Shown: positions 13,130 through 26,789 of the stretch, piece by piece
Numbering within the stretch: the stretch's first letter is position 1
How the letters are laid out: each line of letters opens with the position of its first letter
DNA from: Phoronis australis
Taxonomy: Eukaryota > Animalia > Phoronida
Assembly (NCBI GenBank): GCA_002633005.1
Contig: NMRA01000595.1
Location: 173,367 to 237,366 of the forward strand
Length of the DNA: 64,000 bases
Direction: 5' to 3'
Notes under the pieces: generated by a model
The model's input: only the letters and a program-made list of their open reading frames with translations
Database searches by the model: none
Told to the model about the DNA's origin: nothing
Program-made: the position numbers and the translations under genes

Positions 13130-16100
13130 TTGCTTCCCGTATTTATTACTTTTAGCCACAGATGGCTTTCCTAACGGCCGATTTCTTTCGATTCTAATAT
13201 CCCTCAAACCCAATTACTCGCCATTACGCAGCGCCGCCTCCGTTCATGACCCTGGTTCCAAACAACCGCTACCCTGGGTATAAGTGGGATATCTTTCGGC
13301 AATCCCCGTCTGCTTTGGGGGGAGACCCCGCGGCGAGATACAACGGTTATCAATGGTATGGGTAGGACAGGGCCTGCTATGCGGCCCAGTTCCCATTCTT
13401 ATATGAGTTTGTCCCGCGTTACTGATATAGGTTTCTTGCTGTGGTGCGGTTTTTCGTGCCCGTGTATTGTAACCTAAAGCTATTTTAAGCCTTGAACATT
13501 GAGTCCAGCACAGTTGGGGTCTGGGTACTCATGTAGAATGCGTTTGAGTGCCAGCGGTTTGACATTCGTGTGACCTAGGGTCCAGACGTATTGATAATTT
13601 GGGTGTATGGTGGTTACTGAAATTACATAACACTAGACTACTAGGTACTATTCCAACAGGACAGTAGGTAATATTGATGTACACATATGGGATTTACAAT
13701 GGTTGAGACCAAGAAGGGAATCTATCCCACGTCGCGGCTGAGCCTGGAGTGGTAAAGCTCGAAAGCGCTGCGTCTCACACTGAAGTGTCCTGATATAGCG
13801 CACAAAAAAAATAAAAATAAAAAAAAATATAAAAAAAAAAAAAATAAAATAAAAATTAAAGATAAAAAACCCCTTCGGCTGCCACTTCTATATTTTATTC
13901 GACTTCGCGAAGAAAAGTGCAGAAATACCGTACCTTACACTTTGAATATCTTGTTAGTTGAGGCCTTTTCAAGTACTTCCCCTCTGGCCCTAGCGCGTTC
14001 GAATGTTTATCTTCGCTTTTGACACCATAGTCCCTTCAGTTCAAAAAGATTAAAAAAAAAAATACTTTGAATAAAAAATGAAAATAAAAATCAAAAACAT
14101 CACCAAAAATTACAAAATAAACATATAAAAGTAAGAAAAAATGAAACGTACACTGAAACATTGCTAAAACTGAATAAATAATCCTTGAAAAAAAAACAAT
14201 CCAAAAAATAATAATAACAATACCTAATAATAATAATTAAAAACTAATGATAGCAAAACATGTTTTAACATCTGAAAAGATTTGTGGCAATTGGTCTCAC
14301 ATAATGCTTCACATTTCGTTCTCTTGGCATAATTTTTAACCTATTCCAACCGCGGTAATGCGCCAACTTTGGTTTCGTTCCACTTCGTGGTCGGGCGTTT
14401 CCCATCATCACGCTTTTCGATTAGACGGCTACCGTAGCGGCAGATAGGCGGACGTAGAGATCGATGAGATCACGTCACACATGCTTGCTGATTTGTCTAC
14501 TTCTCAGGCGATCACAGCTTCGTCGTACGAAACTCAGATATATAAAATCGTTTAGTCTATCCGAGTACAAAATCCGCGGTCGAGTGCCTACACAGTGAGC
14601 GAATGGCGTCAGCTGTTTTTCTTTATTTTGCTATTTTCGTATATTCCTTGTTCATTTTGGGGCGCTTATGTCTAAACCAGTCACTCTAACACTTGTCGTT
14701 AGCCGCATAAGTAGGGTCATTTTTATCTACAACCCGGGAGCCACTACACTCAGGCTACTAATAAACACTATCCATGTAACTGCGCCAAGTTTTCGAAAGC
14801 GCATCACTGTAACACTAGTGGGATACTTCTGCCCGTTTAGGCGTATAACTCATCTCAGCTTACCAGTAGTGTCTCACTTATTGTAACACAAGATTTTTAA
14901 TTAACGATTCCAAACTCTTGTAAATTTTCATTTTCTTGACCTATATTCCACGCGAAAGTGCCTAACCTACCTCCTAAAATCTCGTCACCGAAGCACAGTG
15001 GGATTCCACTACCCCCAACTCAGTTGGAGTGCTCATTGACCCAGAGTTCATGGTAATGGGCCAGCCTGTGGTTTCACTCTCACGTCATTACATAATAACT
15101 TGTTGCATGGTGCTGATGACCTTGTGCCACCAATGGAACTGTTTAGACTAAACTTTCACGACGCCTGAACCCTAGGCTCAATTGCATTTACTGACTAGAT
15201 GTGCCCATCTTTTCCTGACATCGCCGGCACAAATGTTATTTGTCCTTTTGCTTCGCTCTAGTTATTCGTTGAACATATTGATACAGTGCTAGGCCTTTTT
15301 ACTGGCAAACATATTTTGTAGACCAGGTTACTTCATGATTTGTGTACTCGGTGTTGTCTATTTCATATGACTTTTTGCGTTATCATTATTTCTGAGACCC
15401 TGTTGCCGCCTTCTCGTATGGTTGTGTTGGATTTTTCTAGATATTTTATTTTTCTTAGCCACATAGTAGACATGCAAGTTTTCGTATGAAGGTCTTCTTG
15501 TGGCACATAGCTTAATCCACAGTAGTTGTGTAGCTACCTAGCAGCCCTACTATGTAACAAAATACGTTTTACTTTCAATAAAATACTTCAAAACTGCCAA
15601 CCTCGTGTCTTTTTATTGTGATTGAAACTCGCATTCCACATCACTTTGATTTTACCCGGTACATTTATATCCAAGTTTGCCTGCCCGTTAATGGTTTATC
15701 TCTCCATGCTATACTTCGTTTCGATACCTTCCCCTGCAGGTTACAAGTTGATGGTTTACTTTCTGCTTCTGGGGATGAACCATTCGAAACCTTGCTAAAT
15801 GGTATCTCCAAACCAGCCCATGGAACTCACCTGAAATGGAAACCATGCTACCGCCGTTGTTCGTTAGTCTAAACGGGCTTGTTTTTCAATATCATGTCAT
15901 AGAAATTTAACGTTTTAATTACTGATTTTTATCACACTGTCGGTTTTCATCTTAAAAGCAGAGTCAAATAAAAAGCACTTTTTGAATACTGATTTTAGGT
16001 CTGTTCATGAATCTTTATATGAAATCACATCTACCATTCTGATGGCGCCTCACCATTCCGCACCATCACTTCTTTCCTAACTTTAACAAAACATAAACAA

Positions 16101-17680
16101 AAACAATTAATAAATACAAACAATAACATCCAAAAAAAAATTAACAATCTTTCTGTTTTCAGAAAACATGTCCATTTTCTGAGTACAATGTTGCAGCGAG
16201 TTTCCCTAACAGCACAATCATGCTTCTGTCAGAGGTTACTACCCAGCCATTGTTACACCGCCCACCTTTTCTGGTTCCCAAGTTAATCGTGTCACTGCAA
16301 TACCAACAGTTGCGCATAATCTCTTGACCTGAGCACATAGGAACCTGAACGTCAGTTATCTTCAGCTGAGCTTCCCTAGCTCTTACACGGTGCATTAGAT
16401 TCGTACTACTCGGGGGGGGTGCTCTAAACTTGGGTATTAAAGTGTGCCCTAAACCGGCTGAATTTCGCCAGGATTTGCTGCGATTCGAGTGAGTGTGAGT
16501 TGGGTTTTGGGGGCGGCTTGGACCCGGGGAAGGCCCGGTCGGGAGCGTTGGGTGGCCCTGTATCATGTGATGCTCGGGTGGGAACAATACAGGTTCTCCA
16601 GGTTTGTTTGTGCCTGCACTGTTATGTAATGCAATCTCTTGTAGTAAAGGCATAGGATTGTCTGGTAAGTGGGTGTGGTATGGTGTCAGTAGAGGTGCCT
16701 GTAATGTACAGCAACCACAACTCCGGCTCTATCGTAAACCAGGGTGTGGCTGGGTTTCGAGCTCTGCGGGAGCGGTACTGCTCATCGTTAGGTATCTGTC
16801 CTCGTGGGCTGTGCCCCAAGTCGAACGCCGCGCCTGCACTCCGGAAGGGGGGATGAGCTTCAATGATTATGGAGGCAAATCCGGGAATAGCATCGGTCCC
16901 TTTCTCATTGCTTCCGACTATACCTTTTTCCCCCAACTCTGCCACTCCTCTACCAGGGTCACAGCCCCCACGCGGGTTGTGGCGGTGGACAGGATTGTTC
17001 ATCCATAAACAACCCTGCCCATGTGGCACATACTGAGCCACANNNNNNNNNNNNNNNNNNNNNNNNNNNNNNNNNNNNNNNNNNNNNNNNNNNNNNNNNN
17101 NNNNNNNNNNNNNNNNNNNNNNNNNNNNNNNNNNNNNNNNNNNNNNNNNNNNNNNNNNNNNNNNNNNNNNNNNNNNNNNNNNNNNNNNNNNNNNNNNNNN
17201 NNNNNNNNNNNNNNNNNNNNNNNATACTGAGCCACAACACCACGTTCCTTACAATATCCTTTTTATCACTCCGGCTGGTCTGCTCACTCAGCTTGTCCGG
17301 AACCCTGCTTTGCAGGTTGTTATAGCCCAGTTGGCTGTTTGGTGTACCCACTTGGTACTTTATATGATATTTGCCCATTTGGCAGTTTGTACCCACTTGG
17401 TACTTGTTATTGAATTTGCCGTTTTGCTCGACCCAGTTGGTAGGCAATCGGCCAATACCCATTTGGTATTATGTACCCATTTGGTACTACGCTAACCTGT
17501 GCCACTTAGCATCCGATACTCAGTTGTACTTTGGGTATCGGAAATGTGTGTGTGTTATGTCTTGTAATTAAGGAACCCGTCTGGTTCCTTCTGTCAAATA
17601 GTTATTTGTAGAGCTGTGACCCTGAAATTCCCAATACAACTTAAAATATACATTATTCTTGTTGTTTTATTTGTTCCCAA
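13130..17680. mobile_element. Probable transposon-derived intronic block, class not identified
   Basis: Mixed GC-rich and A-rich sequence, an LTR-like AATAAA/U-rich tract near 15577-15640, and an abrupt junction at ~17681 that truncates the first tandem unit. No recognisable protein motif. Confidence 0.3.
17326..17490. repeat. Degenerate minisatellite of CCCANTTGG units
   Basis: About seven copies of (gta)cccacttgg / cccatttgg / cccagttgg. Confidence 0.6.
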
Positions 17681-18593
17681 TAATAGGATGGCCAAGATGC
17701 TTAACGATGAATAATCCTTTGTCATCTGCGTTGATTGTAGCTCAAAACGCGATGGTTATACGCTGCGTAGTTTGAAACCTCTTTTACCTTTACCCATGGT
17801 CATAGTGGTACATGTAGGAAGCGAGCGACACCGTGGTGAGCGCCCTGTATTCATGAAGAAGTCTAACGGGGAGGGGGTAAATTACATGTACATTGTAAAC
17901 TGTATGTCATCAGCGGAGGGGTGTTTAAGGTGGATATTGTGAAAGAGCGCTGCACTAAACTACCTCCATTACGATCTGCATTCTATGACACCAAAATGTC
18001 TACCAATGAAAAATGTCGGCAACAAGCAAGCAAGTAGGCATCCAGGACATGCTTTTTCGTAGATTTTTCGTGCATCTCTTTGGCCAAATAACACCTTTCA
18101 AAATATTTGCAAAAGACCGCCCGGTACACGAAATGTAGAAAAGGTACAAATTGATTTCTGCTATGAGGAATCATTTGTTACGCTGCTTAAAGATTGTATT
18201 TACAGTGTACATTGTTTTGAGTTAAACAGACTTTGCAATCTACTGCATTGCAGTTAGATTAAATTGAAATTATAACAAAAATGTGAGGGACAAAAATAGT
18301 CACTAAACATGTGTATAGACCACGTAACAGCACCACATTTTTATGGAAACTTTTCTTTCTAACATTTTATTAAATATCGCACCGTAAACCTTCGCGCACA
18401 TAGAAGCGATGAATAATGCACATCCCTGGTTCATATTCAAATCACTAAATGTATAACCATGACTCAAATTTCAGGAACATGTCTAATGGAGACGTTACAG
18501 CAAAACCCTAGTCTCCCACAAATTATAATACACGTTTCAGTACTTAGTGTATGCAGTAACTTTTGTGTTTTAATTCAAAAGTGGTTCGATTAT

Positions 18594-18689
18594 CTCATCA
18601 TCCTGCTTTGCTCCATTGTCCAACAATAACTCCACCATCTTGACGTCACCTCTTTCAATTGACAAGTGTAGAGGGGAATCAATGAGCCA
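18594..18689 (-). pseudogene. Ankyrin exon A1 with mutated donor, probably skipped
   Basis: WLIDSPLHLSIERGDVKMVELLLDNGAKQDDE. Acceptor intact, but the donor reads ATAATC where paralog A2 has GTAATC. Confidence 0.75.
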
Positions 18690-19599
18690 CTGTGAATTAA
18701 AATAGTACCTATGCTTACTGATCGGACATTGTACGTAAATTTACAACTGTTCCTATGCCAAGTGTATCAATACCCGTTTTATGATACAATGGGCTGAATT
18801 TCAACCAATATTCAACGTCTGCTTTGTAAACCTCACACAACATACATGACGCGTTAACAAATTGAAAAATAAGTGACGGTAAATATCACAAAGACAGCTG
18901 TTGACAGTAAATACAAACATCAATCTTTCGAAAATTCAATACATTATGTCTTCGTACTCAAGTCACTCCTGACCGACACATATAAAGGGCAGAGAGTCTT
19001 CAAAAAAACATTTTCGCCTTATTTTCACCGTCGACGGCATTTTTCCATTGTACAGCGTCTTTTTGGTGAAACATTCCATGACCGTACCTGTACATGTATC
19101 TAGAATATTCCACTGACATATCCTACGTCGTTGTGAGTATTTGCACCGCCGTGACAATTTATGCTTGCACTATACAGTGCAATAACTCTACTTGGTAAAA
19201 AACCGGTTATTAAGAAAACCCTCTATTAAAATTGTGCAATCTTTCTAAAAAACACTTCGCAACACAATTTCAGACATCATTTGAACTAAACACGTACTAT
19301 TCATTGATAAACCATCGTTTATGTAAAAAGAAACTCAAGTTCTCTCAATGATCGATGACACACATGTAGTATAGTTTGGCTTAAATAATGTATGACTTAG
19401 CATTGTTCGGTAGAATCAAAACACTGAATTCCCCACGCGAATAGTGTTCGTCGTCAGTCAAATTTTTGACATTATCATCCAATAGGTGTAAAGCCTTACT
19501 CAATAAGCATAATTATTATAAAAATTCACGGGACGGTGCAAATATTTTTGTTTGGCAAACATTTCGAAAATGATATTGCAGATCGATCTTCTTTATTAC

Positions 19600-19701
19600 C
19601 TTATTAGGGTCTGCTCCTTGCTCTAACAGCAGCTGCACCATTTTGAGGTTGCCGATAGACACTGCATACTCCAGTACGCTGGTTTCTAACAGCCGAGTAA
19701 C
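19600..19701 (-). CDS. Ankyrin cassette exon B1
   Basis: 102 nt, phase 0-0, ttcag/gtaata. VTRLLETSVLEYAVSIGNLKMVQLLLEQGADPNK. Confidence 0.85.
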
Positions 19702-21227
19702 CTGAAGAATCAATAACAAAACACAACTACAAAAGTTTAAGGACATGCAATGCAAATATACCAGCGTAGTAAAAAGGTAATGAAAAAGTACAAAGGAAAT
19801 TTATTTATAATTCAATCGCAACGTTTTACATCAACAAACAATTATTGCAGTTTAACATGCAAATAAACTCGAAATGCACAACTTGCAGGCCTAAATGAAC
19901 TGGAAATCCTTACCCTGCCTACATTTGTCTTGAAAGAGATGAACAGGGAAAAAACAAAAGCATCAAAAGCGTTGGCTTTCTGCTGTACCGGCGTGCTTTG
20001 CACTCCTGAATAACACACACCTTTTTGTTTGATTGCATTGTGTGCATACTCAGTTGCTAGGTTACCATCACGTCCACAGGTTTGTTTAGTGCCTTTTTTC
20101 ATCCACCAGTCCTTATATGGCGATTGATACAGATAATTTTGTTTTACATGGATTCTGACAGTGTTGTAATTAATGAAAGCGATGAGCGACAGACGACGTT
20201 TGCGGAAACAGACACGTAAGGTATTTTGATCTATAGTTTTTAATCATCATAGTACTCAAAAAGTGCCCATCTATCATATGGTGACAAAACGCCCCAGTGG
20301 CAACAATCGAAGGTAGACATAACATACTGAACTACGCGTTTGTCCGCTGAAATACGCGCAAAACTATTACAAGCAAGCAGCCGCTTACACAACGGAGGTG
20401 GGGTGGCCCGGGACCACGGCCCAGGGCATCCATATTAGGAAGTATCCAATCGATAAATAAGCTTTTGTAAATTGTGATTCATTTTTAGTTAACGTGAATA
20501 AAGTTTCTTTTTTATGTTTCATTTTTTGCTGGTGTTAGTACTTAAGGGTTCATGCATTTGAGTAGAGAAGGCCGCCCAATAAAAAATCGCCCTGGGCATC
20601 ACCAAACCTCTGCACGCTATTGCTAGGATCAACTCTCAAACGTTGCCGTTGGCATCCACTAATTGGTTGAGGAAGTGGATGAGGTCTTCGTAGTTTGACG
20701 TAAACTCTTCAGCAATAACGGATTAAATATTACATCTTCTATTTCGTGTTGTAAAGACCCGTTTGTATTTTGGGCGGCGCAGCATAGGAGACTGGGAGGG
20801 GAGGGGACGGCGCCAGAGCCAACACTTTTTCAGTGCTGCACCACCCATGGTATATGGGGGTTATAGCCTAACACTTCTTTCAAAGCTGCGCCGCCCATGT
20901 TGTATCAAGAATATTCGACTGACAACTCGCGTACTTCCTTGTGACAATTTGGGCATGCACTATACATGTATATTACAATAACTCTATTTGGTCCAAATCG
21001 GTTGTTAAGAAAACCACTGTTTTTAATCACTTTTCCAAAGTGCAACCCTTCTAAAAAGCCCTTCGCAACACAAATTTAGACATCATAAACTTGGCGAGAC
21101 ATTACGAAATCTATACTACCTTTTTGAAATCCTTAAAAAGTCAAGTAAACACCAAGGCTTCTATACTGCAGCCAACTTAAAAATGACAAAAACAGTGGCA
21201 GCGTACACAACACCTGATGTACCGGCA

Positions 21228-21281
21228 GTCGACGTTGCCATACGAGGTTAGATGCAGATACATGTAGGTCGAGCCCAACAT
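21228..21281 (-). pseudogene. Truncated ankyrin exon relic D (copies at 24838-24891, 28323-28376, 31808-31861)
   Basis: Acceptor context aattcacag is shared with exons A and C. Reads MLGST[YM]YLHLTSYGNVD, then breaks into unrelated sequence. Contains TACATGTA. Confidence 0.6.
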
Positions 21282-22204
21282 CTGTGAATTAATAGGATGG
21301 CCAAGATGCTTAACGTTGAATAATCCCGTGTCATCTGCGTTGATTGTAGCTCAAAATGCTATGGTTATACGCTGCGTAGTTTGAAACCTCTTTTACCTTT
21401 ACCCATGGTCAAAGTGGTACATGTAGGAAGCGAGCGACACCGTGGTGAGCGCACTGTATTCATGAAGAAGTCTAACGGGGAGGGGGTAAATTACATGTAC
21501 ATTGTACACTGTATGTCATCTGCGGAGGGGTGTTTAAGGTGGATATTGTGAAAGATCGCTGCACTAAACTACCTCCATTACGATATGCATTCTATGACAC
21601 CAAAATGTCTATCAATGAAAAATGTCGGCAATAAGCAAACAAGTAGGCATCCAGGACATGCTTTTTCGTAGATTTTTCGAATCAACGTCCAAACGTGCAT
21701 CTCTTTGGCCAAATAACACCTTTCAAAACATTTGCAAAAGACCGGCCGGTACACGAAATGTAGAAAAGGTACAAATTGATTTCTGCTATGAGGAATCATT
21801 TGTTACACTGCTTAAAGATTGTATTTACAGTGTACATTGTTTTGAGTTAAACAGACTTTGCAATCTACTGCATAGCAGTTAGATTAAATTGAAATTATAA
21901 CAAAAATGTGAGGGACAAAAATAGTCACTAAACATGTGTATAGACCACGTAACAGCACCACATTTTTATGGAAATTTTTCTTTCTAACATTTTATTAAAT
22001 ATCGCACTGTAAACCTTCGCGCACATAGAAGCGATGAATAATACACATCCCTGTTTTATATTCGAATCACTAAATGTATAACCACGAATTTCAGGAACAT
22101 ATCTAATGGAGACGTGACAGCAAAACCCTAGTCTCCCACAAATTATACTACATGTTTCAGTACTTTGTGTATGTTGTGTTTTAATTCAAAAGTGGTTCGA
22201 TTAC

Positions 22205-22300
22205 CTTATCATCCACCTTTGCTCCATTGTCCAACAATAACTCCACCATCTTGACGTCATCTCTTCGAATTGACCAGTGTAGAGGGGAATTATTGAGCCA
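22205..22300 (-). CDS. Ankyrin cassette exon A2
   Basis: 96 nt, phase 0-0, ttcacag/gtaatc. WLNNSPLHWSIRRDDVKMVELLLDNGAKVDDK. Confidence 0.85.
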
Positions 22301-23203
22301 CTGTGAATTAAAATAGTACCTATGCTTACTGATCGGCCATTGTACGTAAATTTACAACTGTTCCTATGCCAAGTGTATCAATACCCGTTTTAAGATACAA
22401 GGGCTGAATTTCAACCAATTTTCAACGTCTGCTTTGTAAACCTCACACAACATACATGACGCGTTAACAAATTGACAAATACGTGATGGTAAATATCACG
22501 AAGACAGCTGTTGACAGTAAATACAAACATCAATCTTTCGAAAATTCAATATATTACGTCTTCGTACTCAAGTCACTCTTGACTGACACATATAAAGGGC
22601 AGAGAGTCTTCAGAAAAACACTTTCGTCTTATTTTCACTTTCGACGGTATTTTTCCATTGTACAGCGTCTTTTTGGTGAAACATTTCATGACCGTACATG
22701 TATCTAGAATATTCCCCTGACATATCTTACGTCGTTGTGAATATTTGCCCCGCGGTGACAATTTAGGCCTGCACTATACAGTGCAATAACTCTATTTGGT
22801 CCAAAAACGGTTATTAAGAAAACCCTCTATTAAAAATGTGCAATCTTTCTAAAAAACACTTCGCAACACAATTTCAGACATCATTTGAACTAAACACGTA
22901 CTATTCATTGATAAACCATCGTTTATGTAAAAAGAAACTCAAGTTGTCTCAATGATAAATGACACACATGTAGTATAGTTTGGCTTAATTAATGAATGAC
23001 TTAGCATTGTTCGGTAGAATCAAAACACTTAATACCCCACACGGATAGTGTTCGTCGCCAGTCAAATTTTTGACATTATCATCCAATAGGTGTAAAGCCT
23101 TACTCAATAAGCATAATTATTATAAAAATTCACGGGACGGCGCAAATATTTTTGTTTGGCAAACATTTCGAAAATGATATTGCCGATCGATCTTCCTTAT
23201 TAC

Positions 23204-23305
23204 CTTATTAGGGTCTGCTCCATGCTCTATCAGCAGCTGCACCATTTCGCGGTTGCCTGTTACCACTGTATACTCCAGTGCGCGGAGTCCTAACCGTCGA
23301 ATAAC
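23204..23305 (-). CDS. Ankyrin cassette exon B2
   Basis: 102 nt, phase 0-0. VIRRLGLRALEYTVVTGNREMVQLLIEHGADPNK. Confidence 0.85.
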
Positions 23306-26300
23306 CTGAAGAATCAATAACAAAACACAACTACAAAGTGTAAGGACATGCAATGCAAATAAACCAGCGTAGTGAAAAGGTAATAAAAAATACAAAGGAA
23401 ATTTATTGATAATTCAATTGCAACGTTTTACAACAACAAACAATTGCAGCTTAAAATGCAAATAAACTCGAAATGCACAACTTGCAGGCCTAAATGAACT
23501 GGAAATCCTTACCCTGCCTACATTTGTCTTGAAAGAGATGAACAGGGAAAAAACAAAAGCATCAAAAGCGTTGGCTTTCTGCTGTACCGGCGTGCTTTGC
23601 ACTCCTAAATAACACACACCTTTCTGTTTGATTGCATTGTGTGTATACTCAGTTGCTAGGTTACCATCACGTCCACAGGTTTGTTTAGTGCCTTTTTTCA
23701 TCCACCAGTCCTTATATGGCGATTGATACAGATAATTTTGTTTTATATGGATTCTGAAAGTGTTGTTATAAATGAAAGCGATGTGCGACAGACGACGTTT
23801 GCGTAAACAAACACGTAATGTACTATTTTGATCTATAGTTTTTAATCATCATAGTACTCAAAAAGTGCCCATCTATCATATGATGACAAAACGCCCCAGT
23901 GGCAACAATCGAAGGTAGACATAACGTACTGAACTACGCGTTTGTCCGCTGAAATACGCGCAAAACTATTACAAGCAAGCAGCCGCTTATAGAACGGAGG
24001 TGGGGTGGCACAGGACCACGGCCCAGGGCATCCATATTAGGAAGTATCCAATCGATAAATAAGCTTTTGTAAGTTGTGATTCATTTTTAGTTAACGTGTA
24101 TAAAGTTTCTTTTTTATGTTTCATTTTTTGCTTGTGTTAGTACTTATGGGTGCATGCATTTGAGTAGAGAAGGCCGCCCAATAAAAAATCGGCCTGGGCA
24201 TCACCAAACCTCTGCACGCTATTGCTAGGATCAACTCTCAAACGTTGCCGTTGGCATCCACTAATTGTTTGAGGAAGTGGATGAGGTCTTCGTAGTTTGA
24301 CGTAAACTCTTCAACAATAACGGATTAAATATTACATCTTCTATTTCGTGTTGTAAAGACCCGTTTGTATTTTGGGCGGCGCGTCATCGGAGACTGGGAG
24401 GGGAGGAGACGGCGCCAGAGCCAACACTTTTTCAGTGCTGCACCACCCATGGTATATGGGGGGCTGGGAGTTATAGCCCAACTCTTTTTTCAAAGCGGCG
24501 CGTCTCAAGTTGTATCAAGAATATTCGACTGACAACTCACTCGAGACCTTGTGGCAATTTGGGCATGCACTTGTATACTGTATTACAATAATTCTATTTG
24601 GTCGAAATCGGTTGTTAAGAAAACCACTGTTTTTAATCACTTTTCAAAAGTGCAACCCTTCTAAAAAGCCCTTCGCAACACAAATTTAGACATCATAAAC
24701 TTGGCGAGACATTACGAAATCTATACTACTTTTTTGAAATCCTTAAAAAGTCAAGCAAACACCAAGGCTTCTATACTGCAGCCAACTTATAAATGATAAA
24801 AACAGTGGCAGCGTACACAACACCTGATGTACCGGCAGTCGACGTTGCCATCCGAGGTTAGATGCAGATACATGTAGGTCGAGCCCAACATCTGTGAGTT
24901 AATAAGATGGCCAAGATGCTTAACGATGAATAATCCTTTGTCATCTGCGTTGATTGTAGCTCAAAACGCGATGACAAAAACTATTTGATATTCATTAAAT
25001 AAAACAACAAACCAGATTTTCTTTAAGAATGACGATGTTCTTAGCAACATCCTAACTGAATATTGGAGGACATTGCTAAGGATTTGAATGAGTGACAAGC
25101 TAAAGCTTTGCTAGCGCAAAATTTTTCTTTTTGGAACGTGTCCTTAATTATTTCGGCAATTCATGCATCAGTGAAAGGTTCAACCTTTTACGTCAACTTT
25201 TGATCTAAACGAAATAGAAAAACGACTAATCCGAAAGGGAGAGGCGAAATTAATAAAGATTCATTACGATCCAAACTGGTATTGTGCTGCTGCGGGAAAG
25301 AATTGGTATCAAACAGGAAAATGGGAACACGCAAACTGGGCTGAGTTTCGTAGATGCAAGAATCTCTCGAAGGAAACGAGTGTCATCACATGCTTCAAGT
25401 GTAAAACGTAGCGATATTTTGCGAAGTCTTCCATGATCTTCAAAATGCTATTTCTCTAAGTTCACGCTTCTACGGACCGCAAAACACACGTGATACAACT
25501 GGCTTAGACAGGAGTGTTCAACAGCGGGACTACTTATAAATAATATTAGGAAACAATTTCGATAAAACGGCATTGTTTTAAAGAGTAATAAATAATGGAC
25601 AGGATTTCTAAATAACGCTACACAGCTGATAGGGAATAATGAGAGAAGCAATCAACAAAGCTCTTACTAGTCAATAAGACTCCTTCAAAAATCACGTGAT
25701 TGCTGCAACTCTAGATATGTAGTGTGAATAAGAAGCTGTGGCCGAACAAACTTTTGTCGTGACCTGTGTCACGTGAATCTAACTATTTAAAAATGATCTG
25801 ATTATAAGAGAAAAAATTCGTATGTGGTTATAGGTCACCGACTTTGGAACTGCATGTGATATCGGATTTCATATTATCATCCATTGGCCCGTTCAATTGT
25901 TTGCAAAGTTGAAATTCACTTCTCCAAATGTTTAGGTAGCTTTTGAACTCTGCTAGTTAAAATAAACAGCTGCTGATTGGCTAGAGGGTCCCAAGTGATT
26001 CAAAGGTGATGCACGTGAAGTTAATCGCTACACTTACTTTTGCCATGAATATAATAAAAGATTCGGCTTGTTGTCTTACATTCTTGTGTCTGATTGCGTG
26101 AATCAGTTCTAATTCAGATCCATTCAATCTTTCTTTGTTCAGTGTTGTCGCAGTTTCGCAATAAGGGCCAATTCGCTAATCAGTTTACAGGCCTGCTCTG
26201 TTTAAGTGAATAATTTATGCTAAATTATTGCCGACGCCATCTGCTAAGCCCAATATATTTAAAATAATAAAAATCCATTCATTGAAGAATTAAAGAATTT

Positions 26301-26687
26301 TGATGAAAGACAACAATTCCTTTCTTTATGAGTACTGCTGTTTTAATAATACATCATTTGAACTAAACAAATATTTATTGATAAATCTTCATTTATGTTT
26401 AAAGAAACCCAAGTATGATGACTGAAGTTGTCTCAAAGACAAATGACACACATGTAGTATAATTTGGCTTAAATAATGAATGACTTAGCATTGTTCGTTA
26501 GAATCAAAACACTTAATACCCCACACGAATAGTGCTCGTCGTCAGTCAAATTTTTGACATTATCATCCAAAATGTGTAAAGCCTAACTGAATAAGTATAA
26601 TTAAAATAAAAATTCACGGGACGGCGCAAAAATTTTTGTTTAGCAAACATTTCGAAAATGAAATTGCAAATCGATCTTCTTTATTAC

Positions 26688-26789
26688 CTGATTAGGGTCT
26701 GCTCCACGCTCTAACAGCACCTGCACCGTTTCGAGTTTGCCTCTGGATATTGCAAACTCCAGTACATTTTGCCCAAACAGCCGAGAAAC
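26688..26789 (-). CDS. Ankyrin cassette exon B3 (not in the ORF track)
   Basis: 102 nt, phase 0-0, tttag/gtaata. VSRLFGQNVLEFAISRGKLETVQVLLERGADPNQ. Confidence 0.85.

Noticed and set aside
17030-17236. Identical 13-mer atactgagccaca on both sides of the N gap, and ORFs running through the gap
   Set aside because: Most likely overlapping contig ends. The X-filled ORFs are artefacts.
25100-25412. Trp-rich plus-strand frame in segment Z (HYDPNWYCAAAGKNWYQTGKWEHANW)
   Set aside because: No start codon, frameshifted upstream, altered in sister copies, and no family recognised.
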